The position numbers were made by a program, and so were the translations under genes. Shown here piece by piece: positions 22,043 to 34,197 of a DNA stretch of 41,135 nt (positions are counted from its first letter, which is position 1; each line of letters begins with the position of its first letter). This stretch comes from Asterionella formosa (Eukaryota), in the NCBI GenBank assembly GCA_002256025.1, contig NKIB01014724.1, positions 1-41,135 on the forward strand. Reading direction: 5' to 3'. Under the pieces are notes generated by a model. It saw only the letters and a program-made list of their open reading frames with translations. It had not been told where the DNA came from and made no database searches.

Positions 22043-25000
22043 ATGGAAGAGACAAATCAGCCTGTGCTTTCTCAATCAGATGTTCTTGTCGAGGAGGAGG
22101 ATCATCCTCTCGATGACATCGAATTCGTGGAGTCAGAGGGAGCTGCTGGTTCCCCGCAAACGTTGAAAGCTCGTTGGAGTGTATCCGTGGCAGCATTGAT
22201 AAGAAAGAACATACTCCTGGTATGGACTTCCAAGATTTCGTTGTTCGTAATGTTGCTATTCCCGGCCATGGCGGTTGGCATCTCCACCTACCTTGACACA
22301 TTATCAAGCACCAACTACAGTAACTATTATGAACAAGCTGTCATTGACAGCCTCGCTATCGAGACGTTGGACAACGGAGATCCATTGGAAGGGTGTCAAT
22401 GGTTTGACGTGTATGGCGAGATGACAAGAACTTATACCAGCGACTGTATCACGTTGTTGTTTACTGTGTCAGGTTTGAACAATGGCAATGATGTGGATTC
22501 TATCAATAGGATCATGGCATCCATTGCAGATGAATCTGATTTGAATTATTCTCCCATTGTTCTAGATTCTTTGTATATTCCTCAACCGCCATTTCAACAA
22601 CAAATTCTTGGCGTTCGTTCCTTGGACGACATTGGAGAATTCTTGGTGCAACACCCAGGACGTGCAGCTGGTATTGTAGTCTTTCAAGAAGCAAAAGGAA
22701 CTGACTTTCTTGTGGATATTTGGTACAACGTCACTGAAAATCTTGGAAACAATCGACCAGAAACACAAGAACGATTGCGTGCTGCGTTGGGACGAGGTGT
22801 TTTGAAGGCCATACTGGGCAAGACGGCTGTCGATGTGGTCATTCGGACTCGGAGCTTTCTATCGGATGTCGTTGTTGCTGAAGTGAATACAAAGCAAAAT
22901 AATACAAACTACTCTGAGGTCGGAATTGGAGCATATTTCATGGGTTTCAGTCTCGCATTGGCCTACGTTCTGGCCAGCATTGTTTTGTCAACCTACTTGG
23001 CTCGCGAGAAACAGGAAGGGTTGATTGGAAGTTTGCGGGTGGTTGGCATGACTGATTCCGCATATTGGGCTTCGTGGTTTTTCATTGGAACGACATTTGA
23101 TGTGTTGTCGTCGTTTCTGGCCATGGCGCTTGCCTACACTATTGATGCTCCAGTCTTGACGCAATCAGACTTTTTCACGCCTTGGATCTTTCTTATATTT
23201 GCTGGGATGTCTATGTACGCATTTGTCACTCTTACTGTTGGGATTGTAACTCAGCGACGTGCCGTGTATGGATTACAATTCGTCGTGATGATTCTTGTAC
23301 TTGTATCGTCTTCGTATGGCGCTTTAAGCTCGGGGACGACATATGACATAGCGGGTTTCGTCTTTCGGGCATTTATTCCAGGATTTCTCATTGAAAGTGT
23401 TTCTCTGCGTGTTGCTACGTATAGCTCATTGGCGAGTGCTAATGAGAATGTCACCTTGACATATACGTTCGCCACTCTTTTTGATCGAATTGGAGAGTGT
23501 AATGTGACAATTTTGCAGGAGGAAGCAAGGTGTGAATATGTGAAATTGTTTGATTCTGCATGTTGGAAATATGCCGACTGTAGAATAAGCGATTTGGCGC
23601 AAAATGGGAATTACAATTGCGCTCCTGAACATTGCTATTACTTTCCAGTTTCTGGCGCCTTTTCGCTATTGATAATGGCCCTACAAACTGCTCTCTTCGT
23701 ATTCTTGACGTGGTATTTCTTTAAGGTTATTCCTTCCGGAAATGGAATTCATCGCAAGCCTTGGTTTCTCGCTAGCCATCGTTATTGGCGACCTAGATCT
23801 GTTGTGTCTGATACAGCGATTGCAGCTGAACAGCTGTTATCGAAGCAGGAACAGAGTATTCGGATTTTTGGCATATGCAAATTGTTTGGGGGTTTCAAGG
23901 CTTTGGATGAAGTCAATCTAGAAATGGCAAATGGGCAGGTATGTGAAATTTGCTTGTTCGAAAAATGATACCCTTCCCAAATGGCTCATGTTTTTTTTCC
24001 TACTGCGCGCAGGTCTTTGTAATGTTGGGTCACAATGGTGCAGGTGTGTTTGGTGTTAATTTGCTCTTTGATGCTGTAAAGATATGATCGTCATTCTATG
24101 TGTTTGTAATGCGCTCGCCATTAGAGTACTTTTCCTCACACTCCCCTATTTTTGCAGGTAAAACAACTCTAATCAATCTTTTGACGGGGAAGATATCTCC
24201 TTCCAGCGGCGATGCATACGTCTTGGGACATTCTGTCGTCAACGATGTCGAAAGTATTCAGAAGTTGGTCGGATCAGTCCCTCAGCACGATTTGCTTTGG
24301 AGCGAGTTGTCTGCCTACGAACACATTCGGTTGTTTGCCACTATAAAAGGCATCGTACAAGCAAGGGGAAGAAATTCGAGAGAAAATGCGATTTCTAGTA
24401 TCCTGGAAAAAGTCCATTTGGAAAAGGAGGCCAAGCAATCCGTCGGAGGGTACAGTGGCGGTATGAAACGTCGCCTGTCGATTGCGCTAGCGGGAGTCGG
24501 GAGTCCGGCCATTCTCTTCATGGATGAACGTAAGTTATGTTCCCTTTTCCTTTCCTGTGATCGAGGCGTTTGTTGCATACTCGTGTTTCATATTTAATTC
24601 TAATCATCATTTCTCACCATCGTGTGGCATCGTAGCCACGACCGGTATCGATCCGTTGAATAGACGCCGCATTTGGAAGCTGATTCAAGATCTGAAGAAG
24701 GGAAGGGTCATTGTCATTACTACGCATTTAATGCAGGAGGCCGATTCATTGGGAGACTATGTGGCAATCTTAGACCATGGTCGGGTCCAAGCGAAAGGGA
24801 CTCCATTGAACTTGAAGACAGAACATGGCAGTGGATATACCTTAAACATAGTGACTGATGTCGAAAATGTCGATCGTGTGTGCGCATTGGCCAAACAGGC
24901 AATTCCTACAGTCGAGTTGGTAAATAATGCTGCCGGAAGTGTCGCGATTGGGATCCCTCAAGATGGCTTAGAGAAGGTTCCCCAACTGGCTAGGGATCTT

Positions 25001-28000
25001 GAGGAAGAAAATATTATCCGAGAATGGGGTGTGTCTCAATCGACGTTGGAAGAAGTCTTTTTGCGACTAGTAAAGCGTGATTCTGCTTCAAATGCTGCGA
25101 CTGTTACATCCTTGATCTCAAATCGGGTAAGAAGCGAGCGGGAACCTGGACAGTCTAATTTTGTCGTTGGTGCCATGGATCCTCCTTTCGAGGAGGGAGA
25201 TATGGAAGCTACCTTTGCGACAAAGCACATCTGGATTCTTCAGGTCCGGTCGTTGATGTGGAAGGCTTTGCTTCTCCAGCGTCGGTCAATAGTTAGCACG
25301 TTTGTCTTTTTTGCCATTCCAGTTGGCCTTTTGCTCCTACTATATTTCGTCGCATTCAAAGACCTAAAGGTGAACAATGAGAACGAAATTCTGATCTACC
25401 CGCAAGCAATTGCTAGTATTGATGTCGATTACTGTACGTTTCATTGGCTAGTTTCCTCTGCGATGCCCGCAGCTCCCGACCCGATGTGGTACCATAGCAC
25501 TCCAATTGGTATTGCTACCGCATTCCAGGTCGGTCAGACGCCTCCAGGATCATCATACGATCACCTTGCCTTGATATGGAGCTTGAGCATCGCCTCAAAC
25601 GTGACTGTGTCTCAAGTCGAAGATGCTATTCAATTTGCTTTTCGCAACGAGCTCAAGCGTGCTCTCAATTCAGTTGATCAAGCCATTGCCGATGCGGAAT
25701 GTAAGGGCGACGTTTGCGGGCCATGCTTCGTCGATCCATTTGCTTTGACTGTTACCATGGAGGACAATGATTTCTTGTTCTCCTTGCCTGGTTCATTTGG
25801 CATCAGGTTACCGCTCTGTCCTTTGTCTGGATCGTATGATGCATGTCCCTTGAATGTCGTTCGTTTTGTGGTTCTTCAGGCATCATTCGCGACGACTGTT
25901 GCTGAACAGCTTGGGACTCTCGTATCACTTATAACAGGGCCGTCGTATGTGTACCCAAATTCGTTCCAGTCAATTCCGAAAGTTAACACAGTAACCAAAT
26001 ATAACTCGTGTTTGTCGTGCGAGGACCATATTTTGCTTTGGCTCTCGGGGAATGGCGCTGGCAGTTTTGCCGAGCTAGTGAATAAAGATGGCACAGAAGC
26101 TGTGGTTACCGAACTTGATGTTCTTGCGGTGGTGCAGGCAAACCGACAAGAATTGGAAAAACGAAATGAAGATATTGACAACATGACTTATTCGGCCTGC
26201 GCATATTTGCAGGACCAGTATGACTATAATGGAGTTGAAAGGGGCTGGATCGTGAACAAGGAAGTCCCAGCTGTGTTACCCACTTCATGGAATTCCTCCG
26301 ACATTTGTGATATTGCGGAGGAAGCACGAAAAGCTTACCAGAGCTTATTTCCAGACGCGGCATTACAAGTATCGTCGTTCGATGTCCTTGGAGACCAGGT
26401 GGCTGTGAACATGGTTGTTGTAATGTTTGAAATGTTATATTATCCAACTATGGGGGTCTACAACCTTAAAGATCAAGCAGTTTTTTCTGTGTATTGCAAT
26501 GAATATGATGCCGACCAAAATGGAACTTGCTTTCCCAATGCCAGCCTAAGCTGCTCCATGATAGTGCCTCCGGCCAGTCAGGTTTGCAGCATACCTGATG
26601 AAGGCCGGTCGCTGCTTATAGAATCTACATACAACTTGCTCCTCAATGCAGCACAAGGCGGAACCCTTCGAGTGAATGAGAAAGCCAAAAGCCTTTACAT
26701 GTTACAGTATGAGCCTGCTCTGAGCCTCCAAGAATTGGCACTGATGGCGTGCTTCTATGCATTGTTCGTGGCCATGTTGATGCCAACCACGAGCAGTACC
26801 ATTGTCCTCGAGAAGCACCAACGCTACGTGTTTTCAATGCTGCTCAATGGGCTTTCGCTGCGCAACTACTGGATTGCCACCTATGTTTTCCATGCAATCA
26901 TGAGTTTGATGGTCGTGGCATTTTCCATTGTGTTTGGTGTGGTATTGCGTCTTAAACCACTTGAGAACCTTTCATATGCATACTTGACACTCATTGTCAT
27001 TACATATATTCATGCGCAGTTTGGCTTTGTTGCCCTGTTTAGTATTTTCTTTTCCAAAGAACGACTCTCTGCCATTGTGTTGAGTCTTGGTAGCATTATC
27101 CTTTTCTGTACAGCGTACATTTTGTTGGCTGTTGTGACCTCGATTTTGAGTCAATGGCCTGGAGCGCTTAGTCTTGTCCCCATGTTGGGGGCATCCCGTG
27201 CCATATTTCTGCTGCTTTGGAAAAGAAACTTTGACGAAGTTCTCAGCATTGCTGGTATTCTCTTTGGTAGTGGCACTCTTTATCTAATGATTGGTATTTA
27301 TGTGCACGGCGCTACCGGTGTTGGTGCACTTTGGAAACCCAATTGCAGTTCCAAAGTGACTGGTGGTACTAAGAAGGACGAAGGCCAAATTGAAACATTG
27401 AATGAGGAAGATGATGAGGAAAGCCATGACTTTGATATTCGACATGAAGCGATTCGAGCCCTTGCCTTGTCACCTGACGAAACAGCCATCAAGATGGCAC
27501 ATTTGGGTAAGGTTTTCCCCGCCCATCCAAATCCGAAATATGCTGTTGTGGATTTGAGCATGGCCATAGACTATGGAGAAATTTTCGGTTTGTTAGGACC
27601 AAATGGAGCTGGTGAGGAATAGTATAGAGTGTGATATGTGTTTGCAAATGCAGAAAATATGACTCACTCTTATTCATCTCGTCACAGGAAAGACAACTGT
27701 CATCTCGATGTTGGTGGGGCAGTTGGATCCCAGTCAAGGTGCTGCATATGTTGGCGGCTTCCATACTGTCGAGCAACGTAAACAGGCATTGAACGAGCTA
27801 GGTATCGTTCCTCAGTTTGATGTGCTCTATCCTGAGTTGAGTGTCAAGGAGCATTTGCAAATGTATGCAGCTGTGAAAGGAGTAGTTCGACAGGAAAATC
27901 TGATGTGGGCTACGCATATTGCCAATAAGGTATCTCTTGCAGGCGAGTTGTTCAATAAACCCTGCAAGAATCTAAGTGGAGGAATGAAGCGACGGTTGTC

Positions 28001-28535
28001 AATTGCTATTGCTCTGTTGTCAAATCCCAAAATTTTATTCTTAGATGAGCCAACAACGGGCCTTGATCCTGATATGAAACGTTCCATTTGGGAGATTGTT
28101 GAGCATATGCGCCATGGTCGATGCATCATTTTAACCACACATGCCATGGATGAAGCGGAAACTTTGTGTAACCGTATTGGTATTATGGCAAATGGAAGTC
28201 TCAAGTGCATTGGTACTCCTGCCCACTTGCGCAAGCGTTACGGGAGCACATTTGAGTTGACATTTACCATTGCACCATCAGCTGATGGTGATGGTAATTT
28301 GGATGGATTTTTGAAGGAGTTCTCGGAAACTGCCACTTGTGTGAGTGCTTTTGGCCAGACACGAGTGTATACTATGGACAAGGATCAGATGGATTTGGCC
28401 TCACTGTTCACAATGATCCTTAAAGGACAAGCGGAAGATTTGTATTCTGAGTGGGGTATTAGTAACACATCTTTGGATGAGGTCTTTTGTGCCATTACTG
28501 CCGAATCGGAGGGTGCCCAGGCCAATGAATTCTAA
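22043..28535 (+). CDS. Full-size ABC transporter subfamily A (TMD-NBD-TMD-NBD), ~2040 aa, 5 exons (22043-23938, 24013-24043, 24158-24529, 24636-27611, 27688-28535)
   Basis: Walker A GHNGAGKTT and GPNGAGKTT. Signatures YSGGMKRRLS and LSGGMKRRLS. DEPTTG twice, TTH switch, TLEEVF/SLDEVF. GT-AG junctions restore the frame (6123 nt total). Confidence 0.93.
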
Positions 28536-28779
28536 TTCTAGATAGTGTGGATATTTGGGTGAATTCGTCATGATGGGGGGCAAGAAATATCATGCACTCA
28601 GTAGTTGAGGTAAAATGTCCACATCAATTCAAAATACGCATAGCACAGCATCAGAAAGCTATAGAGACGGATTTAGCTAAGAGATAATGGTATGAGCCTG
28701 TGATAATTAATGTGTAATCCATGTAATACCCCCGTAAAAATTGCGGCAGCAGCCAGCTACCACCATGTACACGCAATCA

Positions 28780-29641
28780 CTACTTAATAAACTTGTCCAT
28801 GAATCTCTTGTGAAAGTCATTCCTCACTGTATCATTGATGAATCTCTTTTTCGGTTGTGGTTCTCCCTTGGCTTGATTCCGAAAAACAACATCGTCGTTC
28901 CATCGCCTCTTGAGCCGTCCGGCATCATTCGAAGCCGACGATAGGAGTGGATTCCCAACGAGTGCTGCTTCTTGGTCTTGTAATTCTTCTTCCTCTTGAC
29001 GTTGCTTATCTTGTTCAGCCTTTTGAGCATCTCGTTCGGCTCTAATTTTGGCCAGTTCCGCCTGAAGTGCTTCTTCATCGTCTTCATCGTCTCCATCGTC
29101 GTCGTCCGAAGAATTGTCCAAATCATCGGAAGAATCATCGGCAGACCAACCTTCGGAATCGTTGTCGTCGTTGTCAGCATCATCGTACTTGGCCTTGACT
29201 CTTTGTTTCATGGCGATGCGAGTGAAAAAGAATACCGGTAAGAACGAGTAGCAAGAAATAAAACGACCACACACAGAAGTAAACAGGATTCTTATACAAG
29301 AGAGGACGAAGCATCCATAAAACGGAAAAGGATATACTCAACTGTTCAACGTTCACTTCTTCCGTTTGTTTCAGTAACTTCATTCTTCCCTCTTGTTCAA
29401 TCATTGGATTCATAGTTCGACGTCCCAGCGTTGCTGTAGTTTTCGTGTGTACAGCTGCTGCTGCTTCCAATTTCATCAAGGATTCTTTCAAGGCTGCCTT
29501 CTTGTCAATAATCGCGCGATGTTTCAATTGCGTGTGGGACGCCAAATCCAAATGGGAGACAGCAATGCCAGTAGAACCATATCCTCCTTCGTTGCCACGA
29601 CCCACCGCAGCCTTCCATGTTGGTCGATGTGCCGTCGTCAT
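28780..29641 (-). CDS. CWC15: Spliceosomal protein Cwc15/Cwf15, 2 exons (probable intron 29342-29201)
   Basis: N-terminal MTTAHRPTW...DLASHTQLKHR and C-terminal KRRWNDDVVFRNQAKGE...RFINDTVRNDFHKRFMDKFIK. Splice sites are weak, so the exact junction is uncertain. Confidence 0.92.
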
Positions 29642-29997
29642 GATGGGAGAGAGAGAGGGGAGAGAGTCAAGGACTATATATATATAGATATATGTATGCA
29701 GAGGAATGACTGATGTGGGATGGTTTCCTGCTTGATTGAGGATTTTAGGGGACGACAATTGCCTACCGGAGTAAAATGTCGAACTGAAGGGCGGGGCGGG
29801 GCGGGGCCTCCTGTGATGTTCACGCCTTCTTCCAAGATCATGTAAAGAGCGAAGGTGCTTCCGTCGTATCCGGTCGATTTGTTCGACTACCTGTAGAAAC
29901 CAATAGGAACAGTAAGTATACTTACTTACTATGTACACTGTACATACGGCTATACCAAAAAACGTCCTTGACAATCATCAGCCGACGACACATCAGC

Positions 29998-30064
29998 ATA
30001 CCGGTACATGGGTACCTGGTACCAGGGTACCAGGTACCTGGTACTAGGAACCGTACCAGGTACC
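29998..30064. repeat. GGTACC/CCWGG/ACCGGT palindrome cluster between divergent CWC15 and NAF1
   Basis: taccggtac...ggtacctggtaccagggtaccaggtacctggtac...gtaccaggtacc. Confidence 0.85.
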
Positions 30065-30465
30065 ACACTCAACCAATGTTCGCGCACAAATGCACGAGCA
30101 AAGCACAGCAGCCAACCAAAAATACTACCGGTATGTACGCTAGGCGGTATGCCCGGAAGTATGATTATTTCTTTTTCCTCCCCCCGGCAAACTATCGGTA
30201 TGTCATAACATAGGATGCGACATGATATAAATATATTCATTTAGTGATATTCATATAGACTACTGTCATACCGATAGATAAAAACGTACGATAGTCTTGG
30301 TTCGTTGAGGATCGGCTCCTTCCTGCCTACCGGTACCTGGTACCGGTATCACCAAATCGTGACTGCTATCATATCAGATACATACCAGGTACATCCATCC
30401 ATCAATGCTGCTGATGCGCAACACTGACTGTTCACACAACACATCTTACCCCACTCTCCTTTCAA

Positions 30466-31737
30466 ATGACAACAACAATACCGATACAATATCAACACAC
30501 TACCGGTAGACAAGATGGAAAGCGTCAACAAGCAGAATATGAAGAAGTAGAACCTGTCGTGGATGATTTGGCCGTTGCCGCCTCATTTGCACAACAAGTG
30601 GCGCTGCAAAGTCACACCATCACAGCAACGTTCCATGAGCCAGATGAAAATGAATTGGATATCAATAACGATGATGAAGTGACTGCGGTTGATGAAACAC
30701 TCGTTGATACCAACACTGCCGAATCTTCTGACGATGAATCACAAGTGGATTTGTCCGAAGCCTTGGCCAATATGCAAGACAACGATGAGGACGACGAGGA
30801 CGTGATGGTTGCCACAATATTAGCACCACCCAAAACTCAACACGAAATTTTACAAGAGGAGATTGTGGCGCTGACGTTGTCAATTCAAGAACAAGACAAG
30901 CTGAGGCACCATCCTAGTTCCTTCATACTGGCGGGTCATGTCACAACTACCATGAGTGGGGGGACTGTCATTGTTCAAAGTGCTGAGGCTGCCTTGTTAG
31001 ATGAGGGGACATTATTACTTTTACAAAATGAAGATCAATGGCTACCATTAGGAAGGATTTTGGAAGTTTTTGGACCAGTGAGTCGGCCGCTTTATACTAT
31101 TCGCCTGCCAGATATAAAGAAGCAGTCCATCAAAGACGAAATTGATGATGACCAAAATTTAGACCTTTCCAAAGAACCACCATATTCAACACCAGAGGAC
31201 TACTCCATCATTCTTCAAACCAAACCACCTGTTTATTTTATTCAGGAGGAAGCCAAGGTTTTGGATACACATGGCATTATGCGAAACAGTGGAAAGGGAT
31301 GTGATGCTTCTAACTTTTACGACGAAGAGGTGCTAAATATCAATGATCTGTACTTTAGTGATGATGAGCAAGAAAGACTATTCAAAAATCGTCATAAAAA
31401 GAAGTCACTCAAGCAACCCGTTGCTAAAACAATGTCTTCGAATCGACCAGTTCCTACGGGCTTTTATGCACCTCCACCACAACAACAGCAGCACCCCTAT
31501 CCAATAAAACAACAAACAAACATGACATTTGGATATCCACCATCGAATCAGTCCAGCACTGTCTATTATCCAACTGGTTTCTATCCAATGTATCAAACAC
31601 CAGCTGTTCAAATGCATCCCTATCCCGCAGGTTATGCACACCCACCGCCACCACCACCGCCGCCGCCACCACCCCCACCACAGTGCGCTCATCGACTCCC
31701 GGAGGAAGAATCAGATACGGTTTATTATGACAATTAA
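30466..31737 (+). CDS. NAF1: H/ACA RNP assembly factor Naf1 (Gar1/Naf1 domain)
   Basis: LLDEGTLL, LGRILEVFGPVSRPLY, KGCDASNFYDEEV, FSDDEQE. Acidic N-terminus and Pro-rich C-terminus. Confidence 0.88.
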   Translation: MTTTIPIQYQHTTGRQDGKRQQAEYEEVEPVVDDLAVAASFAQQVALQSHTITATFHEPDENELDINNDDEVTAVDETLVDTNTAESSDDESQVDLSEALANMQDNDEDDEDVMVATILAPPKTQHEILQEEIVALTLSIQEQDKLRHHPSSFILAGHVTTTMSGGTVIVQSAEAALLDEGTLLLLQNEDQWLPLGRILEVFGPVSRPLYTIRLPDIKKQSIKDEIDDDQNLDLSKEPPYSTPEDYSIILQTKPPVYFIQEEAKVLDTHGIMRNSGKGCDASNFYDEEVLNINDLYFSDDEQERLFKNRHKKKSLKQPVAKTMSSNRPVPTGFYAPPPQQQQHPYPIKQQTNMTFGYPPSNQSSTVYYPTGFYPMYQTPAVQMHPYPAGYAHPPPPPPPPPPPPPQCAHRLPEEESDTVYYDN

Positions 31738-31940
31738 AATTGATTACCACTACTATTTCGACAAAGGCTAAACTAGAATCATGTGCCCACGACAATACCA
31801 AAACAAACATACAAATATCATTCCAATCATATTCTAGTCAACACCCCACAGAACAGCCAGCCACTGCAGGTTTCAAAACCATCGGGACCGTTCATTCCAA
31901 GAGTACTACCGGTATACTTGCCAAGAAAAATTGCATTTTC

Positions 31941-33500
31941 TCACGTCCAAGGCAACCAATTCACGTGCATGATTATCCCAAGGATATTGTAAATGATACA
32001 ATACGCCAGAACTGTCTGTCGACTAGAGATCCAATGAACGACAGTTTGGTCTCGTGTGTATAAGTGAGCAAGGAACCAATAAATGGCTGGACATGACGAG
32101 CAAATAAGCCTAGTCGAAATTTGAACATGAGCTACCGTCAGCCCCAGGATGCATGTTACGGCCAAAATAGCATAATCTGCCAGCATTTGGGGGCTCAGTA
32201 ATAGTGACATTGAAGTACTACTGGCAGTCGTAGAGCCGGTATCCACACTCCTGGCAAGGGCATCCCAGACCCATTGGACCAGGCTTATCAGTGACAAACT
32301 TGGTTGAGATGTGTGCACAAGGGCATACCAACTTGCTTTTATCCAAGAAATAACGCCGGCTGTGCCATAACATAAAATGGGAGTGGCTAACAAAAAATTT
32401 GGAATTTGCTTCAACTTGTAATAGTGAAGGAACCCAACGTTCCAGTGCTTTCGTTGAATGTATGCATAGAACGAATGGATTCTCTCATCGTCGCACCATT
32501 CAGGTTTGGTCGATCCTTCACTATTGCAATGCAGTTCTCTTCCTTGACGATCGTTGTACATAATAGGGACTAGTACCAATATGGCTAGTGCAAAGTACAA
32601 AAGTGACACACACACTTGCTTGCGGAGGCTCTTCTTCTCGTGACACGATGCCGCGCTTGCGGCGACTCCCTGGAGGATCAGCCATACCGCCGTCATACTT
32701 CCATTCGAGCGTGTGTACGAAGCCAACATCCATGGAACCATCGCTACATGATAGTTTCCCCGAGCTGCCTGTGCGTACCCAACAAACATCAAGGCAGAAA
32801 AGACGGCTTCGGAATATGCAGTGCTAAAAAAGACACCTGCTGGATTGATGCAAAACAGGAGACAAGTCGTTTCCGCCAGGTGTATGTCACCCCCTGTCTT
32901 GGAGAGCGTCAAATCATGTAATGCGATGGTTGCCACAAGAAATGCCACTAGATTGACAAGAAGCGCCGCTAGCATGGTGGTGCCGAGAAACGTGGGCGGC
33001 AGGAATCGGCGAGGGACGCACTGGTCCAAAGCTAGCGCCGTCCTGCCAAATACGTGTGGCACAAGAGGTAAAAAGGCGTGTGATTGTTCGGAGACTGTTA
33101 ATGAACAAGTTTCTTGTAAATGTACCGCACAGCTCCTTGGGCGTCGTTGGGCTGGATGGACGGCAAGGGAAAGAATTCTGGCAGCGTCCCACTTGGATAA
33201 AGGGCTCAACAAGCCGGAATACCAAAGCGACGGCTCCTCATTTAGCCGCTTCCGCGCCATTTCCTCATCCGCACACGATGAATCATAACTTCTTGAGATT
33301 GGATCGCAGATGTGTCCCTTGAAGCAGGAGCAGTCAACAGACCAATCGGGAATTGCAACGACTCCGTCCCCTGGATCGTGGTCAGGAATCAGTTCGTCAG
33401 AGATTACCATGAGCACGATAGTGGATAGTCTCGAAACGAGCGCCCATGATAAGACTCTTCGGCGGCTGAAAGTTCTCTTGGTTCCTGTTGCCTGTGTCAT
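31941..33500 (-). CDS. PIGV: GPI mannosyltransferase 2 (PIG-V/GPI18)
   Basis: KWDA, AFLPL, NPAGVFFSTAYSEA, RSNG, WNVGFLHYYKLKQIPNFLLA, HVQISTRL; multiple TM segments. Confidence 0.92.
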   Translation of the reverse strand: MTQATGTKRTFSRRRVLSWALVSRLSTIVLMVISDELIPDHDPGDGVVAIPDWSVDCSCFKGHICDPISRSYDSSCADEEMARKRLNEEPSLWYSGLLSPLSKWDAARILSLAVHPAQRRPRSCAVHLQETCSLTVSEQSHAFLPLVPHVFGRTALALDQCVPRRFLPPTFLGTTMLAALLVNLVAFLVATIALHDLTLSKTGGDIHLAETTCLLFCINPAGVFFSTAYSEAVFSALMFVGYAQAARGNYHVAMVPWMLASYTRSNGSMTAVWLILQGVAASAASCHEKKSLRKQVCVSLLYFALAILVLVPIMYNDRQGRELHCNSEGSTKPEWCDDERIHSFYAYIQRKHWNVGFLHYYKLKQIPNFLLATPILCYGTAGVISWIKASWYALVHTSQPSLSLISLVQWVWDALARSVDTGSTTASSTSMSLLLSPQMLADYAILAVTCILGLTVAHVQISTRLICSSCPAIYWFLAHLYTRDQTVVHWISSRQTVLAYCIIYNILGIIMHVNWLPWT

Positions 33501-33749
33501 GGTGAAAGCAAATGGTGTTTTTGAACGGCAAACAATTCAACCAGGGTTCCCATGACTGAAAATGGATGACATCAAAATCACAGGATCAGCGTACCAGGTA
33601 CCACATTATGGCTGTATGTAGCTACCGGTACGCCTGCCTGTTTTTGCTATGTAGGAATGCGACACAAAATATGTAGGAGACCGTTGATAGGTACTGGTAT
33701 AGTCGTCAAACATCACCTACGTACTGCTACTCCTACCAATATACCTTTA

Positions 33750-33815
33750 CCAGGTACTACCGGTATACCCGTAGATAATTACACCAGTACCGGTACCGGT
33801 ACCGGTACCGGTACC
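33750..33815. repeat. (ACCGGT)n/GGTACC palindromic array between divergent PIGV and cyclophilin genes
   Basis: gtaccggtaccggtaccggtaccggtacc at ~33787-33815, plus nearby copies. Confidence 0.9.
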
Positions 33816-34197
33816 TAAATATATGTACAGGTTTGTACTACCGGTATGATGTGTGTATATATCATACACATGTTTTTTTCTACGAGCGAATATTTTACAC
33901 ACCCGTTTCGAGGTACCAGGAACCACGTGGCTGACGTATTGTACCTAGTTATGCCGGTCATCTAAATCAATTGATCGGCTTTCGGAGTTAGATAACCGTC
34001 CGTTGTCAAAACACGCGTGTCATTCGCCAGTTGTGATGTGGATCTTCCTCATTCAAGGCCTGACGATGGACACCAAGCAATGCATTTTTAATCATAAACA
34101 AAGGAATTACCGAAAAGTGAACACGACAAAGATTCACCACTTGCTGAACCTTCTATAGCTTATTTGTACTAACCGTGGATGAGTAGAGTCCAGAGAA

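Noticed and set aside
29180..29974. 264-aa ORF and the many 60-190 aa antisense or overlapping ORFs in the track as separate genes
   Set aside because: This ORF is CWC15 exon 1 plus UTR and intron read-through. The others are shadows of real CDSs or low-complexity intergenic DNA.
33750..33815. GGTACC arrays as CRISPR or telomeric repeats
   Set aside because: No repeat-spacer periodicity or cas genes in this eukaryotic context, and the units are palindromic, short and dispersed.
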